This document shows, one piece after another, positions 50,890 to 59,913 of a DNA stretch of 64,000 nt. Numbering within the stretch: position 1 is the stretch's first letter; each line of letters starts with the position of its first letter. The position numbers were made by a program, and so were the translations under genes. The DNA is from Spirochaetia bacterium (GTDB taxonomy: Bacteria; Spirochaetota; Spirochaetia; SZUA-6; Bin103). The notes below the pieces were generated by a model. That model had not been told where the DNA came from and did no database searches. It saw only the letters and a program-made list of their open reading frames with translations. Where the stretch lies: NCBI GenBank assembly GCA_965203905.1, contig CBDBDQ010000005.1, positions 5,536,001 to 5,600,000 of the forward strand. The letters are read 5' to 3'.

Positions 50890-51891
50890 ATGAGAATGGC
50901 GCAGTACGGCATCGGCCACGACCATGCCGCGGGCAAGGCGCGGGTGATGCGGGACAGCGAGGCGGTCGATCTGGTGGGCGTATGCGAGCCGTCGGAGCGG
51001 TTGCGCGCGGCCCTGGGCGGGACTTCGACCTACGCCGGCGTGCACTGGTTTGCGACCTCGGAAGAGATGCTCGAGGACTCCACGATCGAGGCGATTGCGG
51101 TGCAGGGGCGGGTGTCGGAAAACCTGGCGTTCGCCCGTGCCTGCCTGGAGCACGGCAAGCACGTGTGGCTGGACAAGCCCGCCGGCGACGACCTGGAGGC
51201 GTTCGCCGCGATCCTGGAGCTGGCCGCGGCACGCAAGCTGCACCTGCAGCTCGGCTACATGTTCCGCTACAACGCGGGGTTCCAGTTCATCGTCGACTGG
51301 GCTGCATCCGGCAAGCTGGGCGACCTGGTTTCGGTACGGGCGCGGATTTCGAGCGGCACCTCGGCTGCCGACCACTGGATGCGCTGGGACTCGCGCGGCG
51401 AGCGCGCCGGCGGCATCATGTTCATTCTCGCCGGCCACCTGATCGACATCGTGGTGGCGCTGCTGGGACGGCCACACCGGGTGACGCCCTTCGCGCGCCA
51501 GCACAGCGCGGAGTATCCGTGGTACCGCGACAACACCGTCGCGGTGCTGGAGTATCCGGCGGCGCTGGCGGTGGTGGAGTCGGTTGCCGCGGAGGTGGAA
51601 TCCGGTCCGTCGCGCCGCCTGGAGGTGTACGGCACCCGCGGCAGCGCCATCCTGGAGCCGCTGGAGCCGCCGCGGCTGCGCCTGTGCCTCGATGCCGAGC
51701 GCGACGGCTTCGCCGCCGGCTGGCAGGAGGTGGCGGTGGAGCCCCGGCCGCGCTACGTCGAGAGCCTGCGCGCGTTCCTGGCCACGATCCGCGGCGAGCA
51801 GCCGGCCGACCGCAGCTTCGCCCACGAGCTGGCGGTGCAGGAGACGATCCTCGCCGCCGCCGGCCTGCAGTCCCTGTCAACTTCGGCGTAG
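50890..51891 (+). CDS. Gfo/Idh/MocA oxidoreductase
   Basis: YGIGHDHA, GKHVWLDKPAG, GYMFRY, GHLID. Confidence 0.9.
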   Translation: MRMAQYGIGHDHAAGKARVMRDSEAVDLVGVCEPSERLRAALGGTSTYAGVHWFATSEEMLEDSTIEAIAVQGRVSENLAFARACLEHGKHVWLDKPAGDDLEAFAAILELAAARKLHLQLGYMFRYNAGFQFIVDWAASGKLGDLVSVRARISSGTSAADHWMRWDSRGERAGGIMFILAGHLIDIVVALLGRPHRVTPFARQHSAEYPWYRDNTVAVLEYPAALAVVESVAAEVESGPSRRLEVYGTRGSAILEPLEPPRLRLCLDAERDGFAAGWQEVAVEPRPRYVESLRAFLATIRGEQPADRSFAHELAVQETILAAAGLQSLSTSA

Positions 51892-51958
51892 CGGCGGGTT
51901 TCCGCTGCTGCGGCGGCACCGCCAGCGGCGGACCGCTCGCGGCGTGACCTGCGCGCGC

Positions 51959-53095
51959 CTACTTCCGGCGCTTGGGGCGCAGCCGGGCGGGCGTGTGGTC
52001 CTGGTACGTGTCGCTGGACACCAGCCGCAGCTCGCGGTCGGCGAGCGGCAACTTCACGCGCCGGAAGTCGCGGCGGTGCGACTCCCGCATCGCGATCGCG
52101 ACCTCCAGGGCCGCGAGGCCATCCTCACCGGAGCACTGCGGCGCCGCGCCGCTGGCGATGCAGGACACCAGGTCCTCGACGATGGCCAGCCCACTGGCCT
52201 GGAGGCGGTTGGGCAGCGGAAACGGGTACTCCGCCGGCAGTGAGCCCTGGAAGCGGTTGGACAGCGGGCGCATGCTGGGGCGCTCGGTGTTGCCCTGGAC
52301 CCGGCGAATCAGCTTCCAGCTCATGCCGTCGTCGCCGGTCCAGGCGCGCGCCTCGTCGCCGATGATGTCGAAGGAGGTGAAGGCTGCGCCGCTGGGCATG
52401 GTGCGAATGAAGCCACGCACGCCGTTAGCGTAGGCCAGGTAGCCGTTGCCCTGCGGATCGTCGTCGCCGGCCGCAACGGCGTCCGACTCCATCTCGCCGA
52501 ACACCCACTCGACGTGGCTCCCGGCCAGGAAGTTCATGGTGTCGAGCATGTGGCTGCCGTTGCTCGACAGGCCAAAGGTGCCGTGCACGTTGATCTGGCG
52601 CAGCGTACCGAACTCGCCGGCGTCGAGCATCGTCTTGATCTCCTTGAACAGCGCGTTCCAGCGCCGGTGGCAGTTGACCGCCACCACGGTGCCGTGTTCG
52701 CGGCACACCTGCAACGCCGAATCCGCCTCCGCCAGGCTCACGGAGATCGGTTTCTCCGCCCAGATGCCGCGCACCCCGGCGCGCGCCGTGTCCTCGATGA
52801 TGGCGGCACGCGGGCGGGCGCTGGTGCACATGCTGACCAGGTCCAGATTCTCCCGCGCCAGCATCTCGCGGTAGTCCGCGTAGACGTGCTCTTCTTCCAG
52901 GCCCCACCGTTCCGCGAACCAGGTGCGCTGCTGGGCGTTGGGATCCGCCCCTGCGACCAGTTCCACCAGCGGCGACTCCGCGTAGGCCGGTGCGTGACAG
53001 TACGGCAGGAAGAACGTGCCGCCCCGGATGATCTCGTCGTCGAAGGTGCTGCCGATGCGCCCCAGACCGATAACCGCTGCTCGAAGCCGTGCCAT
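51959..53095 (-). CDS. Gfo/Idh/MocA oxidoreductase
   Basis: AVIGLGRIG, WAEKPI, NCHRRW, NGSHMLD. Confidence 0.9.
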   Translation of the reverse strand: MARLRAAVIGLGRIGSTFDDEIIRGGTFFLPYCHAPAYAESPLVELVAGADPNAQQRTWFAERWGLEEEHVYADYREMLARENLDLVSMCTSARPRAAIIEDTARAGVRGIWAEKPISVSLAEADSALQVCREHGTVVAVNCHRRWNALFKEIKTMLDAGEFGTLRQINVHGTFGLSSNGSHMLDTMNFLAGSHVEWVFGEMESDAVAAGDDDPQGNGYLAYANGVRGFIRTMPSGAAFTSFDIIGDEARAWTGDDGMSWKLIRRVQGNTERPSMRPLSNRFQGSLPAEYPFPLPNRLQASGLAIVEDLVSCIASGAAPQCSGEDGLAALEVAIAMRESHRRDFRRVKLPLADRELRLVSSDTYQDHTPARLRPKRRK

Positions 53096-53170
53096 GGACC
53101 GGCAGCATGCACCCAACTGACGCACCGCGCAAGACGGCACCGGCGAAGCGGGTGCGGGGGCAAGCGGGAC

Positions 53171-53199
53171 TTGAACATGAATCGATGAAGCCATATTAT
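53171..53199 (+). promoter_or_regulatory. Putative sigma70 promoter upstream of abiE
   Basis: TTGAAC (53171-53176), 17 bp, TATTAT (53194-53199). Confidence 0.45.
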
Positions 53200-53239
53200 A
53201 TTTATGGATTATGCGCTTGATCGTCAGGACGCGGGGCTG

Positions 53240-53297
53240 GTTGACGATAGATCGTCTATCCCATAACCAGCTCTGGGAAACGTGATAGGAAGTCAAC
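53240..53297. promoter_or_regulatory. 24-bp-arm inverted repeat, putative AbiEi operator
   Basis: GTTGAC-N5-ATC-N5-TCCCA, 10-bp spacer, TGGGA-N5-GAT-N5-GTCAAC; ends 7 bp before the antitoxin GTG. Confidence 0.65.
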
Positions 53298-53304
53298 GGC
53301 CATC

Positions 53305-54098
53305 GTGAAACATGAAGCGTTCTTCCCGGCATCCGGTATTTACCGGAGCAGAGTTGGCCGACCTCCCGAGGCGAGGTCGGCTCCCGGGGGCAGGAAGCGC
53401 TATTGGCCTACTACACCAAGACCGGCCGAGTCGTCCGGGTGCGGCGCGGGCGTATGCCGTCATCCCGCCGAGCAGATCCCGGTTCCTACCCCGTCGACCC
53501 CTATCTGGTCGCCACCAAGCTCACCCCGGATACGGTCCTGTCCCATCACACGGCACTCGAATTCCACGGCCGAGCCTATTCGGTCTGGACTCACCTGATC
53601 TACTCCGCATCCCGCCCGGTGGGGCCGCTCACGTTCCGCTCTCAGGTGTTCCGGGGAGCCAAGTTTCCGGAGGCGCTCTTCCGCTCCGGGAGGAAGCACG
53701 TCGGTGTGGTGACCTCCGAGAGCTCGGGTGTGGCAGTACGCGTCACAAGTCTGGAACGGACTCTGGTGGACGTCCTGCAGCGCCCGGACCTGTCGGGAGG
53801 CTGGGAGGAAATCTGGCGTTCGTTGGAATCAGTTGAATTCTTCAACGTCGATCAGGTCGTGGAGTACACGCTCCTGCTCGGCAACTCGACCACGGCCGCG
53901 AAAGTCGGGTTGTTTTTCGATCAGCACCGCGAAGCCCTGATGGTCGAAGAAAGTCATCTCAAGCCTCTTCGGGACCGGCGCCCCCGGCAACCCCACTATC
54001 TGGATCGTGCCAGCCGGAACTCCCCATGCCTGGTGGCCGACTGGAACCTGGTGGTTCCAAAAGACGTGCTCGAACGTTCGTGGGGCGCGGTCTTGTGA
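53305..54098 (+). pseudogene. AbiEi-like type IV antitoxin/regulator, N-terminus frameshifted
   Basis: MKHEAFF / RHPVFTGAELADL / RGEVGSRGQEALLAYYTKTGRVVRVRRG / YAVIPP lie in three frames. The C-terminal part is open (LSHHTALEFHG, VTSLERTLVD). Confidence 0.75.
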
Positions 54099-55066
54099 GA
54101 ATCTCCCCGGAGAAGCTGGCCGCCGAAGCCGAGGCGACCGGATTCCGGACCGACATGCTGGAGAAGGCAGCCCGGCTGCTGGGCGTGCTCGACACCCTTC
54201 GTACTCACCCCGGCCTCAAGGGGAAGCTGGTCCTCAAGGGTGGCACGGCTCTGAACCTGTTCATCTTCGATGTCCCGAGACTGTCGGTCGACATCGATCT
54301 GAACTACGTGGGCGCCCGCAGTCGGGATGCCATGCTGGAAGAGCGTCCCCGAATCGAAGAAGCAGTCCAGGCCGTGTTTCGCCGCGAGGACTTTGCAGTC
54401 CGGCGGATGCCTGATGAACACGCCGGCGGGAAGTGGTCGCTCCAGTATTCGAGCGCGTCCGGGCACAACGCCAGACTCGATGTGGATGTCAATTTCATGT
54501 ACCGCGTGCCCTTGTGGCCGGTCACCGTCATGGACTCGCGATCGCTGGGAAGTTGGCGCGCAACCAACGTTCCGGTGGTGGACCTTCACGAACTCGTGGC
54601 AGGCAAGCTCTCGGCGTTGTTGGCGCGCCGCAAAGCGAGGGATCTGTTCGATAGCCGATTGATCTTCTCCATGGACGGTCTCGACTTCGAGCGGCTCAGA
54701 ATCGCCTTCGTCGTCTACGGCGCAATGAGCCGGAAGGACTGGCGCACGGTATCGGTCGCGGACCTGGACGTCGACGTTGCGGACCTCGTAAACCAGTTGG
54801 TACCTTCGCTCCACATCGGTGCAATTGGAGGGCCGGACGAGGCTGCGACCTATGGAGAGACCCTGGTAGAAGAGTGCCGGCGCGGGCTGTCAGCAGTGTT
54901 GCCCTTCAGTGACGCTGAGCGTGGGTTCCTCGATTTGCTGCTGGAGAAAGGTGAAATCGACGCGACGATTCTGACCTCGGATCGATCCCTTCAGGAACGC
55001 ATTCAAGCCCAACCGCTGCTCGCATGGAAGGCGCTCAACGTGCGGCGTCACAAGGGATTGTCCTGA
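54095..55066 (+). CDS. AbiEii/AbiGii family nucleotidyltransferase toxin
   Basis: LVLKGGTALNL, RLSVDIDL, KLSALLAR, ARDLFD; GTGA overlap with the antitoxin stop. Confidence 0.92.
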   Translation: MRISPEKLAAEAEATGFRTDMLEKAARLLGVLDTLRTHPGLKGKLVLKGGTALNLFIFDVPRLSVDIDLNYVGARSRDAMLEERPRIEEAVQAVFRREDFAVRRMPDEHAGGKWSLQYSSASGHNARLDVDVNFMYRVPLWPVTVMDSRSLGSWRATNVPVVDLHELVAGKLSALLARRKARDLFDSRLIFSMDGLDFERLRIAFVVYGAMSRKDWRTVSVADLDVDVADLVNQLVPSLHIGAIGGPDEAATYGETLVEECRRGLSAVLPFSDAERGFLDLLLEKGEIDATILTSDRSLQERIQAQPLLAWKALNVRRHKGLS

Positions 55067-55200
55067 CCCTTGCGCGGTTTGGCCACGGGGCGTCTTCCTG
55101 CCGGCACTGTGGCGGGACGAGCTAGCAACGCGGTAGCCGATGTTCGCCGAGTACCGCTCGACACCGGGTTCACAAGACAACGGCCGTTCCATCAGGTATC

Positions 55201-55654
55201 TCTCCCGTGATCGAGTAGATGATGATGACCGGCGCCGTGATGTTGGGCCACACGTGGCGCAGCAGCGTCCGCCACGACGAACTCGACGATAGTCATGCTG
55301 GTCAGCAGCAGCAGTCCGGGAAACGACATCCAGGCGTCCACCACGCGCTGCACCGCCAGGTCGAGCTTGCCACCCGCGAACCCGGCCACCCCGCCGATCA
55401 GCAGCGACACCATCACGCTCAGGGTGGTGGCGGCGGACCCCACCCCGAGCGACATTCGCGCGCCGTACAGCAGGCGGCTGAGGACGTCGCGGCCGATGTG
55501 GTCGGTGCCCAGCGGGTAGGTGCGAGTTCGCGTTCCCCACCCCATCCAATCCACCTGCCCCGAGCGCATCAGGGACAACCTGGTAGCCGGATCGAAGACG
55601 ATCAGGAGCTCGATCTGATCGATCTGATCGGCGCAGGGCAAACGGTTGGCGGTC
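55201..55654 (-). pseudogene. Chimeric relic: peptide ABC substrate-binding fragment fused to an internally deleted dppC fragment
   Basis: NRLPCADQIDQIELLIVFDPATRLSLMRSGQVDW runs into YPLGTDHIGRDVLSRLLYGAR...DAWMSFPGLLL, then (other frame) WRTLLRHVWPNITAPVIIIYSIT. Confidence 0.8.
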
Positions 55655-55765
55655 TCACGGGAGACAGGAGCACCCGGGTTCGTTCCGCGAATTCCGCGGC
55701 GTCCACTTTTCGTCCGGGATAGACGCGGCACGGATAGGATGACAGCCGCGCCACACTCTGCGACG

Positions 55766-56134
55766 ATGGCGACCGTGCGCCAGTTCAACACCGCAGGTCC
55801 CGTAGTGGCTGCGGACCACAACTGCATCCCGCCCCTTGAACGCGTCGATCTCGCGGCGGTGCTCGGCTTGATCCGGGACAAGAAGTACTCTGCGCTGCAC
55901 GCGCCGTGGCAGTCCGGCAGGACCTCGGCGCTGCCGGCGCTGCGAGATCTGCTGAACGGCGGCGCCGCGGGCGCCTACCGCTGCGAGTACCTTGACGTCG
56001 AGGATGGCGAGGCGATGCGTGAGAACGTGGCGGAAGCGATGTGCACCGCGCTTGCCGAACTGCCGCTTCAGGCCAGCGTAACGCTGGGTGAGGAGCTGCT
56101 GGAGGAGCTCTGCGCGGGGGTGCTGCGGCGATGA
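55766..56134 (+). pseudogene. Truncated AAA-like ATPase N-terminal fragment
   Basis: RQFNTAGPV...CIPPLER...LHAPWQSGRTS, a degenerate Walker A (family form APRQTGKTS); ends after about 120 aa. Confidence 0.7.
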
Positions 56135-57678
56135 CCCGGCGCCGACTTCCCATCGGCATCCAGACCTTCCGCACCCTGCGCGAACGGGGCTGCTACTACG
56201 TGGACAAGACCGCCTTCGTCGAGCGGCTGCTCGATGAAGGCACGCATTACTTTCTGTCACGCCCGCGGCGGTTCGGCAAGAGCCTGTTCCTGGACACGCT
56301 GAAGGAGCTGTTCGAAGGCAGCGAGGAGCTGTTCGAAGGGCTGCACATCCACGCGGGTCACGACTGGTCACAGCGGCATCCGGTCGTGCGGCTGAGCTTC
56401 GGCGGTAGCAGCTTCACGGAGCCTGCACATCTGCAGGCCAACGTGATGGCGCAGTTGGAGGGGGCAGCGGAACAACAGGGAGTGAGCGCACGCTACGCCA
56501 CTGCGCCGGAGCGGTTCGCGCATCTGCTCAGGACCGTGCATGCGCATGCCGGGCAGCGGGTGGTGGTGCTCGTGGACGAGTACGACAAGCCGATTTTGGA
56601 CGCGCTGGAGACGCCGGAGGTGGCGCTCGCCAACCGCGGCTTTCTGCGCGGGCTGTACGGGGTGATCAAGGACAGCGACGCGCACGTGCGGTTCGCGTTT
56701 CTGACGGGCATCAGCAAGTTCTCGAAGGTGAACCTGTTTTCGCAACTGAACAACCTCACCGACCTCACACTGGATCCGGTGTACTCGTCGATCTGCGGGT
56801 ATACGGAGGGTGACCTGGAAACGGTGTTCGCCCCGGAGCTGGCCGGGCTGGACCGGGAGCGGATGCGCGAGTGGTACAACGGCTATAGCTGGCTGGGGGC
56901 AGAGAAGGTGTACAACCCCTACGATGTGCTGCTGCTGCTGCGTCGCCGCAAATTCGCCGCGCACTGGTTCGAGACCGGGACGCCGGCGTTTCTGGTGGAC
57001 ACGCTGTTCCAGCGCCGGGTGGCGTCGGTGTCGCTGGACCAGAGGGTGAGCACGGAGGAGTTGCTGTCGACGTTCGACGTGGAGCACATTGGCACCGAGG
57101 CGCTGCTGTTCCAGACCGGGTATCTGACGATCACCGGCGAAGAGGAACTGGGCGGAGAGGCGCTGTATCGGCTCGGCTATCCGAACCGCGAGGTCCGCCA
57201 GAGCCTGAACCGCGTGCTGCTGCGGCAACTGGTGCAGGACGTGACTGGTCAGATGGCCAATAGCACGCGCTTGGCGCGGCTGTTGGAAGCGCACGACTGC
57301 GCGGGGCTGAAGGAGCTGTTCGAGGCCTTCTTCGCGAGCATTCCGTACCAATGGTACACCAACAACGACATCGCGCGGTACGAGGGATTCTACGCGAGCG
57401 TGGTCTACTCCTACTTTGCGGCGTTGGGGTACGAAGTCGCGGTGGAGGAGTCGAGCAGCCACAGCCGGCTGGACATGGCGGTGCGGACCGGGGGGCACGT
57501 GTATCTGTTCGAGTTCAAGGTGGTGGAGATGGCGTCGCCGGGATCGGCCCTGGCGCAGCTGCGGGAGCGGGACTACGCGGCGAAGTACCGGGGGCGGGGG
57601 GAACCGATCCACCTGATCGGGGTGGAGTTCAGCCGCGAGGCGCGCAACGTGACGGCGTTCGAGGTGGCCGACGACTGA
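56131..57678 (+). CDS. AAA-ATPase-like protein with C-terminal PD-(D/E)XK nuclease domain
   Basis: LPIGIQTF, YYVDKT, SRPRRFGKSL, LVDEYDKP; C-terminal RLDM...LFEFK...ALAQ...Y, IGVEFS. Confidence 0.93.
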   Translation: MTRRRLPIGIQTFRTLRERGCYYVDKTAFVERLLDEGTHYFLSRPRRFGKSLFLDTLKELFEGSEELFEGLHIHAGHDWSQRHPVVRLSFGGSSFTEPAHLQANVMAQLEGAAEQQGVSARYATAPERFAHLLRTVHAHAGQRVVVLVDEYDKPILDALETPEVALANRGFLRGLYGVIKDSDAHVRFAFLTGISKFSKVNLFSQLNNLTDLTLDPVYSSICGYTEGDLETVFAPELAGLDRERMREWYNGYSWLGAEKVYNPYDVLLLLRRRKFAAHWFETGTPAFLVDTLFQRRVASVSLDQRVSTEELLSTFDVEHIGTEALLFQTGYLTITGEEELGGEALYRLGYPNREVRQSLNRVLLRQLVQDVTGQMANSTRLARLLEAHDCAGLKELFEAFFASIPYQWYTNNDIARYEGFYASVVYSYFAALGYEVAVEESSSHSRLDMAVRTGGHVYLFEFKVVEMASPGSALAQLRERDYAAKYRGRGEPIHLIGVEFSREARNVTAFEVADD

Positions 57679-57712
57679 CGCTGGCGGCCGTTGCGACTGC
57701 GTTCAGGTTTGT

Positions 57713-57790
57713 TCAGTAGGTCAGGCGGGTACCTCTGCGGATGCTGGATGCGATCACGTCAAGGTCCACGTCCATGTCGGCCCAGTGCTG
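57713..57790 (-). pseudogene. DUF2442-like antitoxin C-terminal relic
   Basis: HWADMDVDL followed in another frame by IQHPQRYP, resembling the recalled family tail HWPDLDVDL..SI.HPERYP. Confidence 0.5.
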
Positions 57791-57804
57791 ATCGGCTGAT
57801 GGGC

Positions 57805-58537
57805 TCAGGTGGACGGGCTTCCCTTGCGCTCCAGCTTCTGCAGGGCCTTCGTGGCGCGCTCGGCGGCGCGGGCGCCTACTCCGCCGGCCACCCCGCCGCC
57901 GCCGCGCAGGCGCGGGTCCAGCAGGTCGCGCAGCGCGTCGCCCACCATGTTCAGGCAGTACACCACCAGGGTCAGCGCCACCCCCGGCCACATCGCCAGC
58001 CGCGGCGCCATCTCCATGTATTGCCGCCCCTCCCGGCTCAGTATCGTGCCCCAGCTCGGCACGTCCGGCGGCAGCCCGAACCCCAGAAAGCTCAAGGACG
58101 CCTCCGCGATGATCGCCCAGCCGATCGTGATGTTGGGCCACACGTGACGCAGCAGCGTCCGCCACGACGGGCTGCCGATGGCATGTGCCGATCAGCAGCG
58201 ACACCACCACGCTCAGGGTGGTGGCGGCGAACCCCACCGCAAGCGACACCCGCGCCCCGTACAGCAGGCGGCTCAGGAGGTCGCGGCCGATGTGGTCGGT
58301 GCCCAGCGGGTAGGTGCTCGACGGCCCCTTGAGCCGGTCGATCATGGTCATCTCCATGAAGTGGAACGGCGCCAGCAGGTCGGCGAAGATGGCCACCAGG
58401 CACAGCAGCAGCACGATCACGCCGCTGACCGCGCCCACCGGCCGCTCCCTGATCAGCCGGCGCAGCAGGTCGCGCAGAAACGACTGCCCCTTCGCCCCCT
58501 GCTCCCGCCGCGCGAGCGGCACGGTCACCTCACCCAT
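57805..58537 (-). pseudogene. Peptide ABC permease (DppC/OppC-like) with two internal deletions
   Basis: N-terminal half (LGTDHIGRDLLSRLLYGARVSL) and C-terminal half (AEASLSFLGFGLPPDVPSWG, GDALRDLLDPR) are in different frames; the middle TM/EAA region is missing. Confidence 0.88.
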
Positions 58538-58630
58538 GGTGTCGCCACTGTCACTCCGTGACGCCGGAGACCATGAACATCGATGCTCTGGAATCGACCG
58601 CTGGTCATCACTTTCGGACCCGGCACCCCG

Positions 58631-59597
58631 TCACCCGTAGTGGACGCGCGGGTCCAGGTAGGCGTACAGCACGTCGACCAGCAAGTTGATCACCATCACC
58701 GCGACGGCGAAGAACAGGTTGATCCCCGAGATCAGCGGATAGTCGCGGTCGAACAGGGCGTCGATCATCAGCCGCCCCAGGCCGGGGATCGCGAACATCT
58801 GCTCCATGATCACCGAGCCGCCGACGATGATCGGCACCTGCAGCCCCACCAGCGTCACCACCGGAATCAGCGCGTTCTTGATCACGTGGCGCAGGATCAC
58901 CAGCCGCTCGCGCAGGCCCTTGGCCCAGGCGGTGCGAATGTAGTCCTGCCGGAGCACCTCCAGCATCATGGTGCGGGTCATGCGCATGGTGCTGGCCGCC
59001 AGGTAGGTGCCCAGGATCAACCCCGGCACGATGAACATGCTGAGGTGGCGCACCGGGTCGGCGCTCAGCCGCACCAGCCGCAGCGGCGGCGACCAACCCC
59101 ACCAGATCGCCGGAAAGATGAGGATAAATGGTGGCCAGCCAGAAGTTGGGCGTGGCCAACCCGAAGACGGCAAAGGAGCGACCCACGTAGTCGCCCACCG
59201 TGTCCTGCCGCACCGCCGAGTAGATGCCAATCGGCACGCCGATCAGTACCCCTACAATCAGCGCCACCACGCCCAGCTCGATGGTGGTCGGCAGCCGGCC
59301 GGCGATCAGCTGACCGACCGGTTCGGGCCGCAGCAGCGGTGTGCCCAGATCGCCGCGCAGCAGGATGGCCCCCATCCAGCGTGCGTACTGCACGGGCACC
59401 GGCACGTCCAGCCCCAGCCGCCGCTCCAACACCGCCCGGTCGATGCCGGTGCCGCCACCTGCCTCCATGACCATCCTGCCCAGCAGTACGTCGATGACAT
59501 CGCCGGGTATGAACCGCACCGAGAGGAACACCAGAATCGTCAGCAGGAAGAAGGTGGGGATCAGCAGCAGGACGCGGCGGATGACGTACGCTCTTAT
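58631..59597 (-). pseudogene. Peptide ABC permease (DppB/OppB-like), frameshifted
   Basis: (I)RAYVIRRVLL begins with ATA instead of ATG; frameshift near 59128 after TPNFWLAT; QDYIRTAWAKGL, DVLYAYLDPRV. Confidence 0.88.
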
Positions 59598-59734
59598 GTC
59601 CGGCTGCTCAACTCGATCCCACCGTTGACGGAAGAAATGTCACTTCACCGTTGCTCGCGGTAGCACAAATGAGAGAGCCCGAATGCACGCTCCTGGAAGG
59701 CGCCCGACCCCCAGCTCCCTACTCAACAGCTTGC

Positions 59735-59773
59735 AGGGCGCCCGGCGCGAGGCAGGGCGCCCTCCGGTTTTTT
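59735..59773 (+). terminator. GC-rich hairpin followed by T6
   Basis: AGGGCGCCC-N11-GGGCGCCCT-ccgg-TTTTTT; orientation is opposite to the flanking genes. Confidence 0.45.
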
Positions 59774-59913
59774 GCTCAGGAGCCCGCCCTCAGGCGGGCC
59801 CTTGCTGGTTCAATCGCCCAGGGGCGAGTTGATTCGTGCAGTTCCAACGGCAAAGCCTTCGCGGCGCAGGCGCGCCCAGCGCGCCTACAATGGAAACGCC
59901 ACAGGCGGTTCCC

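Noticed and set aside
55192-55881. 229-aa minus-strand ORF as a novel membrane protein
   Set aside because: It is a patchwork of antisense AAA-relic DNA, an SBP fragment and a dppC fragment.
58631-59597. Programmed frameshift in dppB
   Set aside because: No slippery sequence at the break, the start codon is also mutated and neighbouring genes are decayed; simple pseudogenisation or a sequencing indel is more likely.
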